DNA of 32,000 bases, from positions 3,270,001 through 3,302,000 of the forward strand of contig NC_017039.1 in the NCBI RefSeq assembly GCF_000284455.1. The letters run 5' to 3'. Positions 18,924-27,247 of this stretch are shown one piece after another (the first letter of the stretch is position 1; each line of letters begins with the position of its first letter). This DNA comes from Synechocystis sp. PCC 6803 substr. PCC-P (GTDB taxonomy: Bacteria > Cyanobacteriota > Cyanobacteriia > Cyanobacteriales > Microcystaceae). A program made the position numbers and the translations under genes. Under the pieces are notes generated by a model. That model ran no database searches. It was not told where the DNA came from and saw only the letters and a list, made by a program, of their open reading frames with translations.

Positions 18924-19793
18924 ATGGAAGCCAAGATCGAACAACGGCAATGGTGGGTGGATCGATGGTTAGAGCTATTAGATTCCTACCGATTTAAAAA
19001 GCGCCTCGAGCGGGCGAGGAATTATGCCAGGGAGGGCAATGTCCTTAGTTTGCAGTTTGTTGAGAGTAAGCTAACTGCCCTGGTGCAGGGCACAGAGGTG
19101 GACCCCTATCAAGTCACCCTGGGGTTGGATTGCTTCAGTGATGAGGATTGGCATTATGTGGTGGCAACCCTAGCGCAACAGGCCCTATACGCAGCCCAGT
19201 TGCTCGGTGGAGCCATGCCCCCCAGCATTGAGCAGGTATTTGTGCAAAATGGTTTAAATTTGTTCCCCTTCACTTTGGGGGAGGTGCATTCCCGCTGTAG
19301 CTGTCCAGACAAAGCCAATCCCTGCAAGCATATCGGTGCGGTGTACTATCAGTTGGCAGACCATTTTCAAGAAGATCCGTTTGTAATTTTTCGTTTGCGG
19401 GGTCGGAGCCGGAGTGAGTTGCTAGAGCAGTTGAGTTGTTATCGACAGCTTAGTCCAGCCCAGTTGGCCACCTATGATCCAGATCTTTGGAGTGACTCAA
19501 TGGCGATCGCCATTGATATTGATGTGGAGGAAGGGACAACAATTGCCAAGCCCCAAAAAGAAACCAAAGCAGAGCAACAGCAAGCTATCAAAGAATTTTG
19601 GCAGTATGGGGGGGAATTGGTGCCGGAATTGACGGCGATCGCCCCACCGGACAACCCACTGCAACAGATTGAACGCCTGGGAGATCTGCCTTTGAATTAC
19701 GAAGTGGCCAGGGAAATTAAACAGGCATTAACGCAAATCTATCAGGCCGCTAGCCAAGCTGCCCTAGGACAAATGGTGGGGACCAGCGAATAG
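18924..19793 (+). CDS. SWIM zinc-finger domain protein
   Basis: CSCPDKANPCKHIGAVYYQLADHF matches CxCx(n)CxH; N-terminus WWVDRWLELLDSYRFKKRLERARNYAREGNV is typical of bacterial SWIM proteins. Confidence 0.8.
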   Translation: MEAKIEQRQWWVDRWLELLDSYRFKKRLERARNYAREGNVLSLQFVESKLTALVQGTEVDPYQVTLGLDCFSDEDWHYVVATLAQQALYAAQLLGGAMPPSIEQVFVQNGLNLFPFTLGEVHSRCSCPDKANPCKHIGAVYYQLADHFQEDPFVIFRLRGRSRSELLEQLSCYRQLSPAQLATYDPDLWSDSMAIAIDIDVEEGTTIAKPQKETKAEQQQAIKEFWQYGGELVPELTAIAPPDNPLQQIERLGDLPLNYEVAREIKQALTQIYQAASQAALGQMVGTSE

Positions 19794-19830
19794 CCAGCCT
19801 AAACCTAGGAGAAAAAAGAGAAAGTTTTAA

Positions 19831-19916
19831 TGGGGGTGGAGAGACTCGAACTCTCACGAGCTTATAAGGCTCAACGGATTTTAAATCCGCAGCGTCTACC
19901 ATTCCGCCACACCCCC
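19831..19916 (-). tRNA. trnL-UAA: tRNA-Leu(UAA), intronless, no encoded CCA
   Basis: Minus-strand GGGGGTG...GCGGATTTAAAATCCGT...GAGTTCGAGTCTCTCCACCCCCA. Acceptor stem GGGGGTG/CACCCCC, 7-nt anticodon loop TTTAAAA with anticodon TAA at 19881-19883, and T-arm TTCGAGT. It is 86 nt long with a long variable arm. Confidence 0.95.
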
Positions 19917-20003
19917 AACAATTGGGGTTCACCGATTCCTCGGCGATTAAGCATCATACCACAGAAAGTTTCCCCCACCAGTTTGGCAAGATTTCCAGCC
20001 CAG

Positions 20004-20711
20004 CTAACGTTGCTGGGGTTGCCACTCCAGATAAACTCCAAAGCGACTTTCCCGGTAGGCGGGGGAATTTTGCCGTTGTACATCTGTGGCAATGCGCCAT
20101 TGGGGAGTCAACGCATAGCCCACGGAAAGGGTGCTAACGCCCACTTCTGCTGTGCCCCCAGGAGCAACAAAATTTTGGCTGAAGCTGATGTCCGCCGCTC
20201 CGGTGCGGGAAAGGGCCAAGACCACTTTGCCCCCCACATTAAACCCCTCACTGTGGTAATCATTTTGGGCGATCGCCCGGTAACCAAGCAGGGGAGTGAC
20301 ATTGACGTACCAACCCAGAGGCAAGAGATAGTATTGCAGATTCGCCCCGCCCCCCTGTTGTCCAGCAAAATTGGTGTAATAGTCACCGCTCACACTCAAA
20401 GGGGATTGGCCAACAAATAAGTCTTCCACGCCGATCGCCGCCCCACTGGATTGGTCATCGTCGGGAAAATAGTTATAACCCAAGCGCACCCTCGTTAAAA
20501 AAGCTGGATCATTGTTATTTTGCTCAAATAAATCGGGGGTTTCCTCCCACCACCGTTGCAAAGTAGGACTACTTTCCACCATGGCAGGCTCCAAATCTAA
20601 CGGGTTTTCCCCCGGCTCCTGGGCCCCTACACTCCCTACACTGGCGATCGCCGAAAAAATAACCAAGCTAGAAGGTAACAAACTCAGCCAACCACGAAAA
20701 ATCACAGTCAT
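20004..20711 (-). CDS. Hypothetical exported protein, possibly an outer-membrane beta-barrel protein
   Basis: Signal peptide MTVIFRGWLSLLPSSLVIFSAIASVGSVGAQ; alternating hydrophobic/polar strands (LRYYLLPLGWYVNVTPLLGYRAI... WRIATDVQRQ... FGVYLEWQPQ). Confidence 0.6.
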   Translation of the reverse strand: MTVIFRGWLSLLPSSLVIFSAIASVGSVGAQEPGENPLDLEPAMVESSPTLQRWWEETPDLFEQNNNDPAFLTRVRLGYNYFPDDDQSSGAAIGVEDLFVGQSPLSVSGDYYTNFAGQQGGGANLQYYLLPLGWYVNVTPLLGYRAIAQNDYHSEGFNVGGKVVLALSRTGAADISFSQNFVAPGGTAEVGVSTLSVGYALTPQWRIATDVQRQNSPAYRESRFGVYLEWQPQQR

Positions 20712-20904
20712 AACCCCTCTATCAACGGTTTTAACCCCAGAATCCGGTCACTGACCCCTGGGGAAGGCAAAAATTCTCTACCCACAAAGTCAAATAGTCC
20801 GAGACGGCAACTTGACAAGACAAGTTCCAAATAGCACTCTAAGTAAAAGCTAATTTCCTTATGACTCCCAACAGCCTGTCAAATTCTATTTCAGCGGACA
20901 AACT

Positions 20905-22332
20905 ATGATCCCACTGCTTTCCCCCATGATGTTGGCTCAAATCGTCACCGCCCCCATCCAGCCGATCGAAGCAGATTATATTGTGCAGCCGCAGGAAATA
21001 AGACCTTTGCCGGGGCAACTTGACCAAATACCCGTTTTTAACAGCAACAGTCCAGAAGTAGTAGAAGGGGAAGGAATTTTACTTTCCACCTTTCCCGCAG
21101 ACCGTAAATACTACCCCAACGCCCACCTCAACAAAGCCCTCAACGGTCGCTTTGACTTTTTCTCCCATCACATCGCCCGGCCAAGGGATTCCCGCACCCT
21201 TTACCAAGGAGTGTTAATGGGTAATCCCACCGACAGAACCATCACTGTCCGCATTCTCCAGGGTGGCAGTTACCTCACCGGCCCCGATGCCCCCTTTATT
21301 AACCTGGCCCCCAGCGTAGAAGATCCCCACGGACAATTCTTCTCTGGCCCTGGTTCTAAATTAATGAGTCAATTACTGCGGGGCAACACCCAAGCTGGCT
21401 TCCCCAGCCAAGTGATTATTCCCCCGGGGCAAACCAGATTGTTATTTTCCCTGGCCATCAATCGCAGCAGTGCCCGTTCCACTTACCTCCGACTCCAGAG
21501 CAATGGCCCTATTTACATGGCCAATCTGGCTATGTACGCTGTGCCAGAATACACCCCGGTGGTAGATACTGCCAGCGCCGGCGCTAACCTGCCTACCCCC
21601 AAAGTGACCTATCGCCCCCCTACGTTGGACAATTGGCAAGCAATGCTATATCGAGGTTATTTGGCCTACCCCAGAGACTTGGCCCCCACTCCGCCGGACC
21701 AAATCCGCCCCGGAGCACCCCGCACCCCCATTTATGGAAGGGTAGCCGGCATTTCCCAAGGGGCTTCTTGGCAAGCCACCCTGGTGGATAACCCCAAGGC
21801 TCAATTCCTCAGTATTCCCCAACGGGGCAGAGCTTTTTCCTATCCCCTCAGTACCGTCAGTGTGGGTACCTATGCCACCCAACAGGTACAGAGTGCCCCT
21901 ATGCTGGCCCGCTACCCTGATACCGCTTACCTCGCCCATGGCAACTACGGCGTTCATTACCAGTTGAAACTGCCCCTCAAAAATGTGACCAATAATAGAC
22001 AAAGCGTTTCCCTCACCCTGCAAACCCCGATCAAACAGGATCAATATAACGATCGCCTATTCTTTATGCGCCAACCCAGCGGGCAGATATTTTTCCGGGG
22101 CACCGTCAGGGTTAGTTATGTGGATGGAGACAACCAATCCCAGGAGCGCTTTTTTCACCTCACCCAACGGCGGGGAGAAATGAGCAATCCCCTCATCACT
22201 TTGAATATGCAACCGGGGGAACAACGGGAAGTGACGGTGGATTTGATGTATCCCCCCGATGCTACTCCTCCCCAGGTGTTGACAGTCAAAACAGAGGAGC
22301 TTTATTACGGCAGTTTTTCTTCCCCTAGGTAA
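20905..22332 (+). CDS. DUF3370-family cyanobacterial exported protein
   Basis: YIVQPQEIRPLPGQLDQIPVFNSNSPEVVEGEGILLSTFPADRKYYPNAHLNKALNGRFDFFSHHIARPRDSRTLYQGVLMGNP is characteristic of this family (recalled, not searched). Confidence 0.7.
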   Translation: MIPLLSPMMLAQIVTAPIQPIEADYIVQPQEIRPLPGQLDQIPVFNSNSPEVVEGEGILLSTFPADRKYYPNAHLNKALNGRFDFFSHHIARPRDSRTLYQGVLMGNPTDRTITVRILQGGSYLTGPDAPFINLAPSVEDPHGQFFSGPGSKLMSQLLRGNTQAGFPSQVIIPPGQTRLLFSLAINRSSARSTYLRLQSNGPIYMANLAMYAVPEYTPVVDTASAGANLPTPKVTYRPPTLDNWQAMLYRGYLAYPRDLAPTPPDQIRPGAPRTPIYGRVAGISQGASWQATLVDNPKAQFLSIPQRGRAFSYPLSTVSVGTYATQQVQSAPMLARYPDTAYLAHGNYGVHYQLKLPLKNVTNNRQSVSLTLQTPIKQDQYNDRLFFMRQPSGQIFFRGTVRVSYVDGDNQSQERFFHLTQRRGEMSNPLITLNMQPGEQREVTVDLMYPPDATPPQVLTVKTEELYYGSFSSPR

Positions 22333-23077
22333 GTACAGAGACTCCGGCGGGGGAAAGGGTAACAGGTTTCTCCGCCACAACTTTCTTCTCTTCCAAAATA
22401 GACGAGTTAAAACGGTAGCCCACATTTCGCACAGTCTGAATTAGACTGGGTTGCCTGGGGTCTGTCTCAATTTTTTTCCGGAGGGAAAGGACGTGGGTGT
22501 CGATGGTGCGGGGATTGTCGATCGCCTCGGGCCAGGCCCGGCGGAGTAGCTCTGTGCGGCTGAGGGCACTACCTTCCGCTTGGGTCAGCACGTAGAGCAA
22601 ACTGAATTCCTGGGGGGTGAGGTCGACAAAATTGCCCTGATATTCCACTCGACGCTGTACCAAATCAATTTTTAGTACTCCATAATCCAACAACAAAGGG
22701 GCGGCCACAGTGCGGACCCGGCGAATTAGACATTCTATGCGGGCTAAAAATTCCTGCATGCCAAAGGGCTTGGTTAGATAATCATCAGCCCCAGCCTTTA
22801 ACCCATGGACAATGTCTTTTTCTGTGTCCTTGGCGGAAAGAATAAAAATCATTGACTGGTGCTGTTGATATAACCAACGGCAAAGCTCAATGCCATCCCC
22901 ATCAGTAAGGTCAGAATCAATCACGGCCAGGGTGGGCAATTGGTTATTAAATGCCTGGCGGGCTTGGTGGAAACCGCTACATTGTTGGACAAGGTAGCCG
23001 CTCTGCTGGAGGTGCCAGCTCAATAGAGAGCGGAGATGGGGGTTACCCTCTACGACTGATATGTAGACTGGATTCAC
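22325..23077 (-). CDS. rre37: OmpR/PhoB-family DNA-binding response regulator (Rre37-like)
   Basis: Receiver domain AVIDSDLTDGDGIELCRWL...GLKAGADDYLTKPF; winged-helix EFSLLYVLTQAEGSALSRTELLRRAWP...RTIDTHVLSLRKKIETDP...TVRNVGYRF. Identity as Rre37 is from genome-context memory. Confidence 0.88.
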   Translation of the reverse strand: MNPVYISVVEGNPHLRSLLSWHLQQSGYLVQQCSGFHQARQAFNNQLPTLAVIDSDLTDGDGIELCRWLYQQHQSMIFILSAKDTEKDIVHGLKAGADDYLTKPFGMQEFLARIECLIRRVRTVAAPLLLDYGVLKIDLVQRRVEYQGNFVDLTPQEFSLLYVLTQAEGSALSRTELLRRAWPEAIDNPRTIDTHVLSLRKKIETDPRQPSLIQTVRNVGYRFNSSILEEKKVVAEKPVTLSPAGVSVLT

Positions 23078-23109
23078 CGATCTAGACCCCTGACTGAAAG
23101 TTCCCTGTT

Positions 23110-23151
23110 AATCTAACAAAGTCAATGTCAAGGCTTTGTAACAACAGTTAC
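23110..23151 (-). promoter_or_regulatory. Candidate NtcA-activated class II promoter: GTA-N8-TAC, 22-nt spacer, TAGATT (-10, TAN3T)
   Basis: Minus strand reads GTAACTGTTGTTAC-AAAGCCTTGACATTGACTTTGT-TAGATT. The NtcA box is at 23138-23151 and the -10 at 23110-23115, about 33 bp upstream of the response-regulator start. Confidence 0.7.
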
Positions 23152-23406
23152 CTGCATGGGGGGGCAAATCTTCAAAAAATATAAAGAATTTGCTCGCCAT
23201 AATGTTAATTGTTCGTACCATTTCCGTCGCTCAACGGTTAACTTTTGTCAGACCAATGGGCCATGAAAAAATTTGAAAATCCCTTAGCAAGGTTTTGGTG
23301 TAGAGCACAAATTTACCCAATCAAGCTCCCTCAATACCAGGAGACTTTGATGTTCGCCCCAAATCTGGGGAGTCTGGGTGCTTTAAAAATCTATTCCGGG
23401 TCATCT

Positions 23407-24213
23407 TCACTGCGCTGCTAAGACTAGGGGTTTGAATTGTTCCATAAGTTCCCTGCGACTGGCGGTAATGCAGGGATAGGGGCGATCGCCATAGTCTTCT
23501 CCTATCGTAAGCGGAAACAATGGTTCGGGGCGGAGGCAAAGAAATTCCCCTCCGGCGGCCAACAGGATTGGCCAGGCTCCAGCAATGTCCCAAATTTTTG
23601 GTGTTTTTTCCGTTCCCCCGAGGGCAGCCCCTAGGGCCACCAGGGCCAGATTGTAACTACTAACCCCAATGAGCCTCAATTTACAGGGAAAGGGATTGGT
23701 TAAAATTCCGGCGCTACGGGCACAAAGATTAAACAAATGATTTTGACTAGGCTCGGCGTCACTAACCTGGATTGGTTCCCCATTCAGAAAGGCCCCCTGG
23801 GGCCCGGTTAACCCAGAATTTTCTAGCCAATAGCCCCAAAAGGATTGCTGTAGTAAAGGAAAATGGAGAAAACCAAACACTGGTGTGCCCCGGTAGAGTA
23901 GGCCAAGGGAAATGCCCCAGATGGGAATGCCCCTGGCGAAATTGGTGGTGCCATCAATGGGATCGACAATCCAACACCAGTCATTAGCAGGAAAAATGTG
24001 GGCGGTTTCCTCCGTCAGCACTCCATGGTCGGGAAATTGGACGGCAATACGTTGGCGCAATTCCTGGTCAGACCATTGATCGGCGGCGGTGACCAAACTA
24101 CCGTCGGCTTTGCGTTGGGCAGGGATTCTGGCGGATTGGGCCACCAACTCTGTGGCGATCGCCTTGGTGGTGGACTGACAAAAGCTCAAAACCTCTGGCC
24201 AAAAAGTCTCCAT
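23407..24213 (-). CDS. Inositol-monophosphatase-family protein
   Basis: DPIDGTTNFARGIPIWGIS and WDIAGAWPILLAAGG are FIG/IMPase family motifs. The ATG at 24213 is preferred over 24270. Confidence 0.88.
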   Translation of the reverse strand: METFWPEVLSFCQSTTKAIATELVAQSARIPAQRKADGSLVTAADQWSDQELRQRIAVQFPDHGVLTEETAHIFPANDWCWIVDPIDGTTNFARGIPIWGISLGLLYRGTPVFGFLHFPLLQQSFWGYWLENSGLTGPQGAFLNGEPIQVSDAEPSQNHLFNLCARSAGILTNPFPCKLRLIGVSSYNLALVALGAALGGTEKTPKIWDIAGAWPILLAAGGEFLCLRPEPLFPLTIGEDYGDRPYPCITASRRELMEQFKPLVLAAQ

Positions 24214-24288
24214 GTCGAATCTTGATATAGTAAATAGACTGCCTGACAAGGGCAATATGGCCATCATCACACATCGCAGGAATTTGCT

Positions 24289-25074
24289 GTGACCCAGGTT
24301 TGGTTTCCCTCCAAAAAATCGGCTACGTCGGTGAAATCAACCGGTCAGTTTTTGCCCCTTTCCCCCAAGGAAATTACAGCCCTGGCCCTTCGTTTGACTG
24401 AGTATCGCTGGCTATACCGTTGGGGCCCCTGGAGTGGGGGGGCTTTTTTGGTGACTATGCTCTGGGCAACGGAATGGCGACTGATGCTTGCCACGGGCCT
24501 GGGGGTAGGTAGTATGCGGTTGGTCTATTGGCTTTTGACCCATCACCAGGAACTCCAAGCCAAACAGTGGCACCAGTTTTTTTCTGGACCCCAGGGTCGA
24601 TTGACCATTGCCGGTGGTGGAGGTGGTTTAACTGCGGTCGGCACCTATATGGCCACCATGGTGTGGTCGGAAGTGGAAAATCCTTGGTTGGCCACGGGCA
24701 TTATTTTGCAGGGTTTGGGTTCCCTCGCTACAGTAGGATTATTGCTCTGGCAACGGCGAAAAGTGGCTGCTCCCAAATTACTCACTGCCCCAGTTTCCGA
24801 TTTTGACCGTTGTTTGCATTACCTGGCCCATGGCGATCGCCTGCAGAAATTAATTGCCCTGCGTCAGTTACAACAATGGCAAAATCAGCCCAGTCCAGAC
24901 TCTCCGAACCCGAGAGAACTGGCCTTATACCTCCAAGCTTTTTTAGACATTGAACAGGACCTAGCCCTACAACGGGTAGCGTTGCATTTGCTCCAGCAGT
25001 GCGGACAATCTCCCATCCGCCAAGAACCTTTATCCATTCCCCAACGACAAAAACAACGGCAAGCGATTGAATGA
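24289..25074 (+). CDS. Hypothetical membrane protein
   Basis: 261 aa ORF with hydrophobic segments (WSGGAFLVTMLWA, LTAVGTYMATMVW, LATGIILQGLGSLATVGLLLW). No family recognised. Confidence 0.5.
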   Translation: MTQVWFPSKKSATSVKSTGQFLPLSPKEITALALRLTEYRWLYRWGPWSGGAFLVTMLWATEWRLMLATGLGVGSMRLVYWLLTHHQELQAKQWHQFFSGPQGRLTIAGGGGGLTAVGTYMATMVWSEVENPWLATGIILQGLGSLATVGLLLWQRRKVAAPKLLTAPVSDFDRCLHYLAHGDRLQKLIALRQLQQWQNQPSPDSPNPRELALYLQAFLDIEQDLALQRVALHLLQQCGQSPIRQEPLSIPQRQKQRQAIE

Positions 25075-25138
25075 TGCGGCTCCCACCGGTTGAGTTGTGC
25101 GGGTAACAATTCAGCCATTACTGTTAACTTCTTAGTCC

Positions 25139-25924
25139 TTATTTCAAGGGCCACCAGTTAACCTTTTCCCGGGTGGCACTGTAAACTTCCTTGAGTCCTT
25201 CCGGGGCCAGAATTTGAATTAAGTCTTCTTTTTCTCCCTTGGGAATGGCAATCAGATGGTGTTTTTGCATACCCTTCAGCACCTGCTCCACCGTTCTTTG
25301 ATTGAGCTGGCAAGCCCTGGCGATCATATCAATGGGCAAATCGAAAATATAATTCCCCTGGCGATCGGGTTGGTTGCCCAGTTCTCTTTCTTGATAAATC
25401 AACGCCCGCAGTAAACTCGCCACCGCTTGGGGAGGGTAGGTACTGCAATTGAGCAGATGATATTCAAATTTTTGTTGTAATTCAAATAGAAAACGATACC
25501 GTTCCCGAAAAATTTCGCTATTTTCATAAATTTGCTCAACAGTAGCGAGGGGAATTTTAATGACGTGGGTGGTCTTATAAACCTCGACAGAACAAGGAAA
25601 AGATTTACTGGCCAAACCATAGCTAAAGGGCAAACTGCGCCAACCAAAGCAACTGCCAGCATAGTTAATGGCAATGATGCGGTCCAGAGGAGTGCTACGG
25701 GTGATGACGACACCATCATCCAACATCACATAAAGATTATCCAGGGTTTGATCCGGCAGAAATGCAGTGTAAATGGGTCGATTGGAAAACAGTTTTTCGA
25801 TTTTAAGTTCTGCTGAAGCAAGATAATCCGCCACCAAGGGGAGATCCATGCCCCGAAAAAGATAGCTTTCTTGCACTAATCGTTCCGGCAGGGCAGGGGA
25901 TAAAGCAGGCGATCGTTTAGCCAT
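25139..25924 (-). CDS. Crp/Fnr-family transcriptional regulator, divergent from the sulfate transport operon (CysR-like by context)
   Basis: Cyclic-nucleotide-binding-type beta-roll (LDNLYVMLDDGVVITRSTPLDRIIAINYAGSCFGWRSL) and a C-terminal HTH (FDLPIDMIARACQLNQRTVEQVLKGMQKHHLIAI). Start may be 25924 or 25981. Confidence 0.7.
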   Translation of the reverse strand: MAKRSPALSPALPERLVQESYLFRGMDLPLVADYLASAELKIEKLFSNRPIYTAFLPDQTLDNLYVMLDDGVVITRSTPLDRIIAINYAGSCFGWRSLPFSYGLASKSFPCSVEVYKTTHVIKIPLATVEQIYENSEIFRERYRFLFELQQKFEYHLLNCSTYPPQAVASLLRALIYQERELGNQPDRQGNYIFDLPIDMIARACQLNQRTVEQVLKGMQKHHLIAIPKGEKEDLIQILAPEGLKEVYSATREKVNWWPLK

Positions 25925-26028
25925 AGAACTCAGAGATAACGTCCAGTGCCCCAGTTCACGGTCGGGCAAACCCCAGCTCAATCATGACACAGACCGAATC
26001 CCGACAGAACGGAGAATTCACACGAATA

Positions 26029-26093
26029 ACAAAACATTAACGATGCGAGCAAAATATTTTTATGTGCATTTTAAAAATAAATTGCAAAACATT
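26029..26093 (+). promoter_or_regulatory. Three direct repeats RCAAAAYATT in the regulator-sbpA intergenic region, candidate operator array
   Basis: ACAAAACATT 26029-26038; GCAAAATATT 26049-26058; GCAAAACATT 26084-26093. Confidence 0.35.
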
Positions 26094-26152
26094 TCAAATT
26101 CAACTATGATTTATCGAGATTACACACAGGTCACAATTTCAAGGAGTTAACG

Positions 26153-27211
26153 ATGGCTCGATCTGCTTTTGGCTGGGGATTTTCGGTGATCGCCGTTTTG
26201 ATGGTGGGCAGTATCACCGCTTGCAACACCACCACCACCACCGAGCCAGGGCAAGGGGAAAATGCTAGCCAGGCCCCCGCTAATTTGACCTTGGTCAGCT
26301 ACGCCGTTACCAGGGATGCCTTTGAAAAAATCATTCCCAAATTCACCGAAGAATGGAAAAGCAAAACCGGTCAAGATGTCACCTTTGAGCAAAGCTATGG
26401 CGGTTCCGGCAGTCAAACTAGGGCCGTGGTGGATGGTCTAGAAGCGGATATTGTTGCCTTAGCCCTCAGTTCCGACGTGCAAAAAATTGAAAGTGCAGGG
26501 CTGATTCAGCCGGGGTGGGAACAGGAAGCCCCCAATGGATCGATTGTGACTAACTCGGTCATCGCCTTTGTGACCAAAGCATCGGACAACATCAAAGTAG
26601 AAAAATGGGCAGATTTGGCCAACCCTGAAGTCAAAGTGATTACCGCCAACCCAAAAACTTCCGGGGGGGCTCGCTGGAATTTCCTCGGCATTTGGGGTTC
26701 GGTAACCAAAACCGGAGGCACAGAAGAACAAGCCTTTGATTTTGCTGGTAAGGTTTTAGCTAATGCTCCAGTATTACCAAAGGATGCGCGGGAGTCCACC
26801 GATGTTTTTTATAAACAGGGTCAGGGCAACGTTTTGCTCAATTATGAAAACGAAGTGCTATTAGCCAAGCAAAAAGGGGAAAATCAACCCTATATCATTC
26901 CCCAGGATTTCAATGTTTCCATTAGCGGCCCTGTCGCTGTTGTGGATACTACCGTGGACAAAAAAGGTACCAGGGAAGTAGCTGACGCCTTTGTGCAATA
27001 TTTGTTCACCCCAGAAGCACAACAAATTTTTGCTGAAACCGGATTCCGCCCTGTGAATGAAGAAGTTTTGGCTAAGTTTGCTAGCCAATATCCCAAAGTT
27101 GAGAATTTAGCCACCATTGAAGAGTTCGGCGGTTGGAAAAAAGCCCAAGCAGAATTCTTTGATGAAGGGGGTATTTTCGACAAAGTTATTACCAAAATTG
27201 GTAGGCAATAA
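26153..27211 (+). CDS. sbpA: Sulfate-binding protein of ABC transporter (lipoprotein)
   Basis: Lipobox SITAC; LTLVSYAVTRDAFEKIIPKF, QSYGGSGSQTRAVVDGLEADIVALAL, NPKTSGGARWNFLG, and GNVLLNYENE are typical of Sbp/CysP. Confidence 0.93.
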   Translation: MARSAFGWGFSVIAVLMVGSITACNTTTTTEPGQGENASQAPANLTLVSYAVTRDAFEKIIPKFTEEWKSKTGQDVTFEQSYGGSGSQTRAVVDGLEADIVALALSSDVQKIESAGLIQPGWEQEAPNGSIVTNSVIAFVTKASDNIKVEKWADLANPEVKVITANPKTSGGARWNFLGIWGSVTKTGGTEEQAFDFAGKVLANAPVLPKDARESTDVFYKQGQGNVLLNYENEVLLAKQKGENQPYIIPQDFNVSISGPVAVVDTTVDKKGTREVADAFVQYLFTPEAQQIFAETGFRPVNEEVLAKFASQYPKVENLATIEEFGGWKKAQAEFFDEGGIFDKVITKIGRQ

Positions 27212-27247
27212 CAATTCCAAGCAGTTTTGATTGAAGCTAATTAACCC

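Noticed and set aside
18782-18997. 71-aa + ORF upstream of the SWIM gene
   Set aside because: It overlaps the motif-supported SWIM reading frame in another frame, and its composition is not protein-like.
19750-20137. Small ORFs overlapping the tRNA-Leu gene (19750-19932, 19830-20420, 19871-20092, 19922-20137)
   Set aside because: They cross the tRNA or run antisense to the exported-protein gene, so they are spurious.
25399-25816. ORFs antisense to the Crp/Fnr-like gene
   Set aside because: These are shadow ORFs with no conserved motif.
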